From NCBI GenBank assembly GCA_977017645.1, contig OZ360219.1, positions 7,936,001 through 8,000,000 on the forward strand: DNA of 64,000 bases. Direction: 5' to 3'. How positions within the stretch are numbered: the first letter of the stretch is position 1; every line of letters begins with the position of its first letter. Below the pieces are notes generated by a model. It was given only the letters and a program-made list of their open reading frames with translations, ran no database searches and was not told the DNA's origin. The position numbers were made by a program, and so were the translations under genes. Shown here piece by piece: positions 28,616 to 39,834 of this stretch. This DNA is from Torpedo marmorata (Eukaryota).

Positions 28616-28685
28616 GATAGAGCCAGATCATCAACAATTTCTGATTATAAGAAGATCACAGGCCTCTCTCTCTTCTGCTTCATTC

Positions 28686-28740
28686 CAGGAACTCATGATT
28701 CTGCTTAGAACAGGAACTCATGATTCTGCTTAGAACAGGA
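28686..28740. repeat. 25-bp tandem duplication CAGGAACTCATGATTCTGCTTAGAA, about 2.2 copies
   Basis: Exact repeat seen in the sequence. Confidence 0.9.
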
Positions 28741-28814
28741 TAATCAACTTCACAGGTGGTAACAATTTCAACTGCCAGTATGTTCAATACGATTTATACT
28801 GGATTGAGCATCTT

Positions 28815-29345
28815 GATAGACCATAAGATATTGGAGCACAATGAAGCCATTTCATTCAAATCATATGGCTGATAGATTTTTCTTCAACCCCATTCTTTTG
28901 CTTTCTCCCCATAACCTTTAACACCCTTACTAATCAAAAACCTATTAACCTCTGTTTTAAATATACCTAATGAGAGCCTGAATATGACTGGGATTGTCTG
29001 ATCTCGGAAGCTAAGCAGGCACAGGACTGGTCAGTACTTGGAGGGGAGACCACCAAGGAACACCAGGTGCTGTAGGTTTCTGTGAGGGGTGCTGGACAAA
29101 ATAGCGACCCTCTGTCTGCCTTACGGTAGACAAAAATTAAAGAATTTCATGTATGTTACATTCTAAATGTAGTATTACGTGATAATAATGGAACCTTTAC
29201 CTTTACCTTTAATGAGTGTCCTCCATAGCCATTTGTGGTAGTGAATTCCACAGATTCACCACCCTCTGGCTGAAGAAATTTCTCCTCCTCTCTGTTCTAA
29301 AGGGACATGATTTTATTCTGAGGCTGTGCCCCTTGGTCCCTGCCT
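28815..29345 (-). mobile_element. CR1 LINE 3' fragment interrupted by a SINE3
   Basis: ccataagatattggagc tail and gaattccacagattcaccaccctctgg, typical CR1 3' sequence. Confidence 0.65.
28975..29209 (+). mobile_element. 5S rRNA-derived SINE (SINE3)
   Basis: The head matches 5S rRNA (GTCTGATCTCGGAAGCTAAGCAG...TCAGTACTTGGA.GGGAGACC...GGTGCTGTAGG). It is followed by a unique body and an (ACCTTT)n tail, with TSD TAATGAG at 28968-28974 and 29210-29216. Confidence 0.85.
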
Positions 29346-29414
29346 CTCTCTTTGACTGAATGTTAGAAACCCTTAGTACAACCACAGTTTAAAGTTGTTC
29401 TGTGACATTAGGTT

Positions 29415-29570
29415 AAACAGGAAAGTCTGCAGATGCTATGATTGTAGTGCAATACACAAAAGTGCTGGATAAACTCAGCAGGTCACGTGGCTTCTATAGG
29501 AAGAAAAGGGTATCCAACGTTTCGGGACTGAGCCCTTCTCCAAGGTATGAACAAAAAGCAGGCAGGCTCC
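29415..29570. mobile_element. Short Penelope-derived element
   Basis: aaacaggaaagtctgcagatgct...agtgctggataaactcagcaggtc...cgtttcgggactgagccc. Confidence 0.6.
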
Positions 29571-31449
29571 TAAATCATATTGGGTTCTTTTTATTTAGAT
29601 TTATAGTTCTTCAGGTTAGAGGGAATGCAATTGAATGCATTCTTCTGGTGCACACTTATGACTTGATTAAATATATGAAGTCTGCTCTGATTGCTGAGAA
29701 ATTGGTCTATCAGTGAGTTGTACTAGCGTCAATTTTATAGTTTTATATTGTGCACTGATTCCAGATTTAAATGACAAATGTTTGCATGCTGAGCAGAACT
29801 AATGACTTGTATTACATGTATTAATGACACATTTATAGTATATGTGTTTATGTGCATGGATGCTTAAGTACAACACTAAAATGGCAGATGCTGCAAACAT
29901 GTACTATCAAATATTGAGTTCCTGTTTCCACACGGGAAGTTTATGAAATATGCATAATATAATAATGATGGAGGATTCAATAAACATGCGAGAATAAATT
30001 CCACAAGAATCCAACCCATTTTATTTTCAGAGTTAGTCATTGTACATAGAAAATAGAATCCTGGCCCAGCCCTGAAACCAGGATTGATCATTTTACTCCA
30101 TTTACCTTGGCTATTAAAAAGTATGGCTTCTGATGGATCTCAGGATTCAGTGGCAGCTCAGTCAGCCTGTGTCGTATTTATTTTTCAGTCCTCTGAAGGT
30201 CACTAGAAATGTCATACCAGCCGACTTTATTCAATGTCTTCACTGTTTTTCACTTGTATTAATATATTTTAATTGATTAGGTATAGGTAACGCAGTAACC
30301 ATTAGAAATATCAACACAGAAGCTCTAAAACAGAAAATTTACTTTAGTTATTCACATCCTCCTTCTTTTCCCTAACAGGTCTTAAATAAAATTTGTTCTA
30401 TTCAGTGATTCCAAATTACGGCATCCAAGAGCCACATTTTTAGATGAGTCCAAACTGAAAATTGGCTGACTGAAGGTCAGAACTAAGGTGAATCCTGCCC
30501 TCAACAAATATCTGCAGATACAACTGGATCACTGTATATGAATATCTTTAATGGGCAAGTTGTAATATTCCAATAGTCAATTTGTTTAAATTATACAGAT
30601 TATACTACATTCATTCATTCATGTGTTTCTGCTTCATTTTCACTGAACACTTAATCTTCTGCATGAATTAAATTTTATTGTTCAATTTGAGCAGTGAGAG
30701 TGCACTTCAAAGAGTATTTTTATTTCAGTGAATGGTGTAACACTTACAGACTTGGCAGAATTCATTCTTTTTTTATTCTTTATAATGTTGATGAAATGAT
30801 AAAACAATCAGCTTGTCAATAAATCTTATCTAATATGATTGAATCAGAACATTGGTATATATTAGAAAGATCACTTCTGATAATTGTTGGCCCTCTATTT
30901 TGCAAAAGATTTAATAAATTACACAAATCTCCATATTTATGCTGTGTAATTAAGATGTAGATGAAACATGATAGCGAGGACTATGCAGCAAACATTGTAC
31001 TTGATTCATGAAACTTGCTTATTTATTAAATTCGGCCATAATGTTGCTGGAGTGCTTATTAGATTCAAGTGAGCTGGAATGGTTAATAAAAAAAATGGGC
31101 ATTTACTTACAATTGTAATGGAGGCATTAACCTATTTAGAATAAACAGGGAAACATTAGAGTAGCAGACAGGGAAATATCCTATTTAGACTTCAGAAATT
31201 AAGCTGGTATCATGGAAAATAATGACCTTGGATATGTAACAATTTCAAAAGGCTTTTGTTTCAAGCTATTATGGCTCTACCTCATCTGATTAGTGAAGTT
31301 GTCATCACAGATATTCACATTCTGTAAAATTTTCATTAAATATTTAACAAGTCAAGATTAATTCATAGTTTTGATATCGATTCTCTCACTGGAAGGATAG
31401 ATAAAATTCAATCTTCCCTGTCTTCCCCTGAAGCTTGATGATTAAATTG

Positions 31450-31640
31450 GAAGTGTACCATTCCAAGTCCCTCCAAGCATTGATCTTTTTTTTCCTCCTT
31501 TTTGCCTCATCTACAACCTTATCTTCAATGACATTGTTAGCAGGCATGACATCAACTTTCACATATGCAACGATGAAGACCAGTTCTATCTTGTCACCCT
31601 TCACACCCATCATTACTGCCTCCATACAGACAGACTAGCT
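31450..31640 (+). mobile_element. Ancient L2-type LINE RT remnant
   Basis: Translates as LIYNLIFNDIVSRHDINFHICNDEDQFYL, a decayed form of the L2 motif ...FH(C/F)YADDTQLYL. Confidence 0.6.
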
Positions 31641-32094
31641 CCAATCTTGTATAACCTGAAATGTATTTCAGTTGTCAGAAATTTAGGATAGGAACTATTC
31701 TTTCTTTTCTTGTGCTGAATCTGGAATTTAATAACAGCCTCGGTTCTACTCAGATCAGAAATTTGGAATTACATTTTAGAAGTTGAGCATAAAGCACACC
31801 TGCTAACAAGTCCAAACATCCCAGGATGCAAACACTTTGTCCCGTTCCATGTTTCTAAACACTTTCAATTAAACAAACCTTTTTTTTATTTTCATTTTTA
31901 ACAAACAATAAAACAAAATAAACAAACCTTCTTAAACTAAGAACTCAACATTGCTCCAACACTATTCTTTTTGAATTTCTTTCTCCCATTATTGTATCCT
32001 AGGCTTGTGTGCCTTCAATTCCCCAGGCTCCCGATTCTTCCATAAACCTTTCCATTCCATTTCCCTTCTTTAAGTCTCTCTTTGAAACCAATTA

Positions 32095-32977
32095 CCGTAT
32101 TTGACGGCATATAGGACCCACTGGCATATAGGACCCCGCCCCCATTTTTAGCATTAGATTTTAGGAAAAATTTGTTTTAGTGTATTTACCTTCACAGCAG
32201 CAACACGTCCTCCTGCCCACCACACGCTGAGGCTCAGGCTGCTTCCCCCCACCGTCCAAGCGCCGATTGATTGACAGGACCAGCGGGTGCGCAAGAGTGT
32301 GAGGAAGAGAAGCCAGGACAACGGGCAGGGCCCAGACCCACCGTCGCGGGGAGCAGACGATCAATTGCTTGCTTTGAGGGGAACGCTGGGCCTAGGTGAT
32401 CAGGCTCCACGCTGAGCCTTTGTTCGACGCGCACGGCTCCCCCGAACAGATTGAATGAGGCGCGGGGGTGGGTGGCAGTGAGTGAGCGGCCTGTTGAGCT
32501 GAGCTTGACAGGCCGCTCGCTCACTGCCACCCACCCCCGCGCCTCATTCAATTTGCTCGGGGGTCCGTGCTCATCGAACAAAGCCTGATCATCGAGGCCC
32601 AGTGCTCCCCTCAAAGCACTGTGGGAGAGAGGGAGGGAGGGAGAGGGCGAGCAGGCGGGCGGGAAGGAGGGAGAGAGCGAGCCTTCTTACCGGGGGAAGT
32701 GAGCGGAGGCAGTGGCGGCGGCGACTCTGGAAAGCACGTGCCACGCAAGGGAAGGTGGTCCGCGAAGCTGCAGGCCCACTTCCTGGACAGCCGCAGCACC
32801 TCCGCGGGCTTCTTGAAGCTGGGTGAGTAGTTTGAGCGCTTTACTCCTGTCACCAACTTGTGGATGAAAGCTTCAACTTGGTGCCCAAAATGGCGGCACC
32901 AAAATGTCACCTTTGCATATAAGACCCGGGGTGGTTTTTGGGATAAAAAGGGGGGTCTTATATGCTGTCAAATACGG
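32095..32977. mobile_element. Non-autonomous Tc1/mariner (pogo/Tigger-type) element, 883 bp
   Basis: TIRs CCGTATTTGACGGCATATAGGACCC and GGGTCTTATATGCTGTCAAATACGG, TA at 32093-32094 and 32978-32979, GC-rich non-coding interior. Confidence 0.85.
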
Positions 32978-33835
32978 TACTTTAAGCATTCACTCATCCC
33001 CACCCTTAATAGCTATGTAACTCTTAATATTGTTATCAGTTTATTATTGAAATGGAAACATTGAGAAAAAAGTGTTGATGCCAGCTAATTCAGCACATTT
33101 TTACTTTAAATACATACATGATTGAGGCTTACCTACTAATAAGAAAATCACTGTATTTTCTGGATTCCTTGATTTAGTAAGCTAATTAATTTTATTTTTT
33201 TGAGCAACAAACAATAATTAATTTTAATATTTCTAAAATATTTTTAGAAAAAGAAGGAATGGGTAACAACCATTTTTATGAGCAGCATTTGAGCTTGCTT
33301 ACTTGGTCATAGTGTGATATGCACAATCATTTATTTATAAAACAAATACTGGCCTAGATATTCCTTCTGCAAGGGTACTAAATGGTATAACTATTTATGT
33401 GCAAATGGTTCAGTAGTCCAAGAAGATGAGCAGATGCACAATATAATTCATAAATTCAGAAGGAACAGTTTAAGTGTTATGCTCTGATATTCTAGCAAAT
33501 TGACAATCCATTGAATTGCATTGAAAGGCACGAAGTTACTAAATTTGCCACAATTAACTTTGTGACGTTAGTACAAGCTTAAGTGTCTTCTTACCAAGGC
33601 ACTGTTCACTGCATGACAGGAGGGATGTGGATACACTGGAAATAGTACAAAAGATATTTTGGAGAATGTTGTGAATATTGAAAAATTTTAACTACAAAGA
33701 AAATTTGGAGACATTGGGGTTATTTTCTATGGAACTGTGGAAGCTAATTGAAGATGGAGGCTGGTAAAATAGGGACATTTAAAAGACTCAGGCACATAGA
33801 TGCAAGTAAAATAGAGGGTTATGGGTGTGAGGTCG

Positions 33836-34280
33836 GGAGGTTGTTGAGTAGGTTGTCCCAGGACAAGAGTAAACTCCAGAAGGTTGTTAACTCGGCCTGT
33901 GACATCACAGGCACCAAACTTCACTCCATCAACGACATCTACATGAGGCGGTGTCTTAGAAAAGCAGCCTCTATCCTCAAGGACCCCCACCACCCAGGCC
34001 ATGCCCTCTTCACTCTGCTTCCATCGGGGAAAAGGTACAGGAGCCTAAAGACGAGCACTCAACGGCACAAGGACAGCTTCTTCCCCACTGCCATTAGATT
34101 CCTGAATAATCAATGAACCAAAGACACTGCCTTACTTTTCGTGTACTATTGTTTATAATTTTGTATAGTAATGTCGTTAGATGGTTAATATGAATGTTAA
34201 TTGCACTATGATGCTGCCGCAAAACACCGAATTTCATGACTTGTTCATGACAATAAATTCTGATTCTGATTCTGATTCTG
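33836..34280 (+). mobile_element. Rex1/Babar-type LINE 3' end inserted in a CR1 3' fragment (~33670-34345)
   Basis: ORF 33748..34116 ends HPGHALFTLLPSGKRYRSL...SFFPTAIRFLN; AATAAA followed by a (TTCTGA)n tail. Confidence 0.8.
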
Positions 34281-34778
34281 ATATAGGGCCGCACTAACAT
34301 CGTTGGCCGAAGGGCCTGTAACTGTGCTGTAATGTTCTATGTTCATACAAAATTATGAGATGCATAGAATGAGGAAATTACCCTCAGCTGGGGGATCAAC
34401 AAAGAGATGTAAATTTAAGGACTATGGCAAAAAATATTAAAGGAGAAATGAGGAACCATTTTATTCCTCCTTGAGATGGTTGAGAGCTAAAACCTACTGC
34501 CTGAAAGAGGGGTGGAAGTCAAATCATTCATTTCATTTAAAAATTATCATGGTCAATGCCATGTATCCAGGATGCTCTTTCACTGGGAGAGACATTAAAT
34601 TGTCCTTTGAGGTCAGCATCGTCCCAAGGGCTGGATTGATAAGGGGTTATTCCCACCTTCCAATGCTTCTGAATTCTAGCTGTACTCCATCTACACTGGC
34701 AGAGTGTCTCCTCAATGAAAGTCATCATCGGAATGACTGGAGAATGTCAGCACCAGACCAGGATGCTATAGTACATTC

Positions 34779-35638
34779 TGTAAGAGCCGTAGGCTCAATA
34801 ACCATATAACAATTACAGCACGGAAACAGGCCATTAGGCCCTTCTAGTCCGCACTGAACCAAACACTCCTCTCTAGTCCCACCCGCCTGCACCCTGCCCA
34901 TAACCCTCCACTTCATTCTCATCCATATACCTGTCCAACTTTTTCTTAAATAATAAAATTGACTCTGCCACCACTACTTCTCCCGGAAGCTCATTCCACA
35001 CCGCTACCACTCTCTGAGTAAAGAAGTTCCCCCTCATGTTACCTTTAAACCTCTGCCCCTTAACTTACCTTAATCGCGGTGCTCCGGTGCCTCGACGGGT
35101 TATGGAGAAGTTGCAACGTTTGTAGGCCGTCCTCAGCCTGTTTGTGCTCTGCGCATGCGCTGGAGTGCCAACGGGCGCATGCGCAGTCTGAAATTGACGT
35201 CATTGTGCGCGGTGTAGTGGGAGATGTAGTATGCGTGGTGGAGCGTGAGCAGTGGAATAGGAACATGGAGCATGCGCGAATCGGAAGGAATAGGAAAAAG
35301 ATGGTGACGTAGGAGGGTGAGTGAGATCGCCATATCTTTTATTGACCATTTCATACATCGTTTCATAGATCATTTCATCGAGCTTTTAAACTAGTTTATT
35401 TGTGGTTTAAAGTAGTTTAATTGAACATCTGAATACAGTCAAAAGGAATCATTTAAAGGAACTCATACATCATTTTCAAGAACTGTTTATTTTTAAGTCA
35501 TTGAAGATTACTGCAAGTCACGTGTGTAAATAAAGTTTTTGAACATATTGGACTTTGTTGGTAAATTAATTGAAACGCGTCAAAGACAAGTATCTCACTT
35601 AGCCTCCAGGTGACTATTGTTGGATCGAAGTCACCACA
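34779..35638 (+). repeat. 5' LTR (TG...CA), interrupted by a LINE fragment
   Basis: Aligns with 40225-40834 once the insert is removed; about 16 substitutions by my count plus 2 indels. Confidence 0.92.
34803..35060 (-). mobile_element. 5'-truncated CR1-type LINE 3' end inserted in the 5' LTR
   Basis: Absent from the 3' LTR and bounded by TAAC (34799-34802 and 35061-35064). ORF 34725..34922 shows CR1 3' sequence. Confidence 0.85.
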
Positions 35639-36090
35639 TTATAGTCAATAAAGTGGCTGTTTGGAACAGAAAATTGAAGGAAAGAAGATAGAATAATCTC
35701 TCTGTGCTTTGGACTGATATTTAAAATAAATGGTGGCCATCTTGAAGATGCCTCGAGTTGGGGGCAGTTTGTAATCCACATCCATCTGCCATGAGTAACA
35801 TCCAGAGAGGGATTTAAAGCTTCAAATCTTATAGTAAAGTGTACTATAAATACGTTGGAGAAACCATTTTTGGAAAATCAGCTATATTATTGACGGATGT
35901 TGTGGTTGAAACTCGTTTGTGAATAGCAGCACATTACAGTCATTTGAAGTGGTAGGCATAAGTCTGTGGACTCCTGTGTATCTTTGGCAAGTAAGAACAC
36001 AGATTGGAATTGCTGCCGCTGGTCCATTGGGGACTGTTGATTTGGCTAGTGTTGTGTATGCTTGAAGGACAGAGGAACAAGACAAGTAAA

Positions 36091-38010
36091 ATGGCCGCAG
36101 CAGCCTCCGATACAGCAGCCACTGATGTATCAGCAACTGACGCAGCAACCGCTGATGTTGCTGTTGAGGACCAACGTATTGAAGACATGAAGGTTGCGGA
36201 TATTAAAGAAGAATTGAAGCGACTGAAACTAGATTTAAGTGGAAATAAAAAGGTTCTTATCGCAAGATTGAAGCTGGCAAAGGATAAACAAGATGATAAC
36301 TTGGAAATGGCTGAAATTGTGTCACCAAATGATGAAGATATTGAAGAGGTTGAAGATGCAAAGGATATACAATTCGAATTGGATAAAGCGGTAAGTATGA
36401 AGACAACATATGAACTACAGGATGAAATTCAAGCAAGTGACAGTGTCTCAAATGTTGAAAGCAGGAGAAGCAAACGAACTTCTGGTTTGAGCTCCAGAGT
36501 TTCTCGTACTTCAAGTTCTGCATCGTCACGTACAAGGAATGATGTTAAATTGGTCGCTCTTCTTGCACAACAAAGATTTCTTAAGGATAAACATGTTTTA
36601 GAAGAACCGGAGGAGGAACTAAGAAAGAGACAAGAGCAGCTAAGAAAGAGAAAAGAGCAGCATGATCTGGAAACAGATATTGCTATTGCCATAGCCAGAA
36701 AGAAAGCAATAGAAGGCTGAATGGTATCTGGTGCTCGAAATAAATTATCTAAAGTATCTGATAATAAAAGGTCATATTTAAAAAAAGTCACAGGAAAAGA
36801 AACCAACCAAAAGGATAGATATTTTAGAACCAAGGATACAAGACTTGCATATACAAGGACAAACCTTTCAAGAGCATTATCGTATCGAGTCACATGTAAC
36901 AGTGGTAACATCTGAAAGCAAAGCTGCGGCTTGGGTTCAGTCGAACGATGCAGCTTCCTTGTTATTTGAGTCAAGCAACAGAAATATGGAAGAAACTACA
37001 TCAGTGAGGTTTCCAGATGCATTACCTGCAACAAGAGACGGTGAACAGAGCAATGTATTGTCATCCAAGGAAATACAAAATGAAATTGCTGCATCATTGT
37101 TTCAGTTACAGTCTCTCTCTTCTTTACCCAAGAAAGAGATACAAACTTTTGATGGTGATCCACTTCAGTATCAATCATTTATGAGATCTTTCAAACGTAA
37201 TATTGAAAATAAATGTCAAGATCGTGATGAATGTCTTTATTATTTGGAAATGTTCACAAAGGGACATCCAAAAGAACTGGTAAAGAGTTGTAAACAAATG
37301 TCTTCAGAAAGAGGATTAGACAAAGCTAAGGCTTTACTGGAACAATATTTTGGCAACAAGCATCGAATTGCTTTAGCTTATATAGATAAAGCTCTTAAAT
37401 GGACATCAATAAAACAAAATGATGTAAAGGCTCTGCAAGAATATACTCTGTTTTTAAGAGGATGTTGTAATGCTATGGAAGATATCGATAATATTCGTGA
37501 GCTTGAAGTGCCTAGTAATATGCGAATCATCTTAGAAAAATTACCTTACAAGTTATGGGATAGATGGAGAAATTTGGCTTGTGATTTACAAGTAAATTAC
37601 GGTTGAAAAACTACCTTAAAGGATTTGGTAAATTTTCTTGAACAACAGGTGTATGTTGAAACAGATTCACTATTTGGAAATGCCAGAGATAATTCAATGG
37701 GCAAAGATGTAAGGAGGTCTAACTCACAGCCTAGTCCGAAATTAAAAAGGAGTACTTTTGCTACTAATGTGTCAGTTATAAGTAAAGAAAAGGACAAAGT
37801 AAATAAGGAAAAGGAAAGTTTGCCTGATGAAAAGAGTTGTTTGTTCTGTAAAGGTGGACATGCTTTGGAAATGTGTTTACGATTGGAAAAGAAGGAACAT
37901 AAGGAGAAGATCACTTTCTTGAAGGAAAATGGAATATGTTTTAGCTGTCTGTGTAAAGGGCACATCAGTAAAACTGCGAGAAGCGAATTAATTGTAACAT
38001 ATGCAATTTG
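36091..38010 (+). pseudogene. Disrupted BEL/Pao gag: SAP domain, coiled coil, DUF1759-like capsid region, Cys/His knuckles
   Basis: SAP motif MKVADIKEELKRLKLDLSGNKKVLIARL; LPKKEIQTFDGDPLQYQSF; CLFCKGGHALEMC and CFSCLCKGH. Split across ORFs 36004, 36721, 36845 and 37625 by a stop and frameshifts. Confidence 0.85.
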
Positions 38011-39582
38011 AAACATCCTAGAATTTTGCATATCCATAACAGAAACAAGAAATTGGAAAAGGAGCAAACAGAAACAAAGGAAACAACAGAAAATAATGTT
38101 ATAACCTCGGTTCAGACAAGTGGTCTTACTGGGGCCGGGGTGAATAACTGCAAACTTTCGATAGTGCCTGTACAAGTCAAGACCAAGAAAGGGGATGCAA
38201 TAGTAAAAACATATGCATTTCTAGACCCAGGCAGCACTGCATCTTTTTGCACGGAAGGATTAATGAATAAACTTGATATTCAAGGAAGAAAATCAAGAAT
38301 TATGTTAAAAACCATGGGACAAGAAAAGGTCGTTGAAACCAGCATTGTTTCAGGCTTAGAGGTTGCTGGATTATATGACAAAATTTTTTGTGATCTTCTA
38401 AGTTTATATACTCAGAAGACTATGCCTGTGCATGAAGGAAATATTCCTCATCAAAAGGATATCCATCATTTAGCTTATCTGTGGAAGATTTATTTACCTG
38501 AAATTAATTCTGAGATAGAAATGCTGATTGGTTCAGATGTGCCAAAGATTTTGGAACCACTAGAAGTAATACAGAGTAGAAGGAATGGACCTTACGCTAT
38601 TAGAACCAAGCTTGGTTGGACAATCAATGGACCACTGCAAAGAAATAATGATATTGCTCAGGAACAGTTAGTGATAAATATTAATAGAATTTCGGTTGTG
38701 AAAGTTGAAGAGTTAAGCGAAGAGCAAAAAACTGTGAATAAGAAAATCACTTTTGAAGAAAAGAAAACAGATCAATGTGAAAATAAATCAAGGGTATTTA
38801 ATACAACATTGAAGGAATTATTTTCACCAAAAATGGATGAAAGTGAAGTATTAGAAGATGTTGCAAATAATACTATTGATTGTTCATGTGTAATTGAATC
38901 AGATACAGGAATAAAACAAGTGATTGAAAACAAATCTGAACGTAGATTTTGTAGTTCAGAGATTACAACAAACAAAGCTAATGAAGAAATATTGCAATGT
39001 GATGTAAAACTGGAGAACACAGAAAATTGTGCTGATGGAATAAAGAATAATGTGAATGATAATTTAATGCAATTGAATTCAGAGAACAAAATGTTGAAAG
39101 GGGAATTGGAAATATTAGATAATCATGAAAACAGTAAACAGAAAGATTTAATTGTAAGTAAAATTCGCAAAGTCAGAAAATGGAAGAAAAGAATAACTGC
39201 TGAAGAAATGAATACAGTTATTGAAGAAAGAGATTCAGCATTATCAAAATGTAAAAGGTTGGAGGAAGAGATTAATATTTTGAAAGGGAACAAGTTATTG
39301 GTTATTAACACAAAACAGTTGACTTTAAAAAACAATCAAGAATGTAAATTGAATGTTCAACAATTAACAATGCAGAAAGAATGTGATATTGCATTTCAGA
39401 AATGTAACAAGCAAGATGAAGAAATTAAAAAATTTCAAGTTTGCCACAGTAAGATTGACAATGGAAATATCAATGTATCACATGATATTTTGACTTCAGA
39501 TCAAATTATTAATTTCTCGGAAAGAACTGAGACTGAATTGAAAGTTGCAAAATTGGATTTGGAATTGCAGGAAAGGCAATAG
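38008..39582 (+). CDS. BEL aspartic protease fused in frame to a foreign coiled-coil segment containing a MIPOL1-like region
   Basis: TYAFLDPGSTASF protease motif and PYAIRTKLGWTINGP. After ~38716 the sequence is non-retroelement; 39151-39450 (RITAEEMNTVIEERDSALSKCKRLEEE...) resembles MIPOL1 as I recall it. Confidence 0.75.
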   Translation: MKHPRILHIHNRNKKLEKEQTETKETTENNVITSVQTSGLTGAGVNNCKLSIVPVQVKTKKGDAIVKTYAFLDPGSTASFCTEGLMNKLDIQGRKSRIMLKTMGQEKVVETSIVSGLEVAGLYDKIFCDLLSLYTQKTMPVHEGNIPHQKDIHHLAYLWKIYLPEINSEIEMLIGSDVPKILEPLEVIQSRRNGPYAIRTKLGWTINGPLQRNNDIAQEQLVININRISVVKVEELSEEQKTVNKKITFEEKKTDQCENKSRVFNTTLKELFSPKMDESEVLEDVANNTIDCSCVIESDTGIKQVIENKSERRFCSSEITTNKANEEILQCDVKLENTENCADGIKNNVNDNLMQLNSENKMLKGELEILDNHENSKQKDLIVSKIRKVRKWKKRITAEEMNTVIEERDSALSKCKRLEEEINILKGNKLLVINTKQLTLKNNQECKLNVQQLTMQKECDIAFQKCNKQDEEIKKFQVCHSKIDNGNINVSHDILTSDQIINFSERTETELKVAKLDLELQERQ

Positions 39583-39834
39583 AGACCAGAGTGGTTAAAG
39601 AGACCTGTTTATTAAAATCAAAAGGATCAGATAAATATTCAAATTCTAGTTCTAAGAGTTTAAATTCTTCACATGAGAAGTGGAATGCTGAAGAAAGGAA
39701 TAAAGTGAAACGACATGCTGAAGAAGTGCCTCGTGTTAAATTCAAAAGAAAAACTGTATCTATTTTGTCTGAGGAAGATTTGAGGTTTACTGGTTGACAT
39801 TTTAACTCAAAGATTCTGGAAATAAAATAACTTT

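Noticed and set aside
28975-29078. Functional 5S rRNA gene
   Set aside because: The 5' end is missing, there are many substitutions, and it is fused to a body and tail with a TSD, so it is a SINE.
31386-31638. Exon of a neighbouring gene such as enpep
   Set aside because: No recognisable aminopeptidase sequence; another frame gives a decayed L2 RT motif. I found no second host gene in the window.
32516-32527. GCTCGCTCACTG matches part of the AAV ITR Rep-binding element and lies in a hairpin
   Set aside because: Only ~12 nt match, there is no T-shaped ITR or rep/cap sequence, and it lies inside a TA-flanked MITE; likely chance.
39151-39450. The genuine host mipol1 gene or an ordinary processed pseudogene
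   Set aside because: It is only a fragment, fused in frame to a retroelement protease between LTRs, and is present in two element copies.
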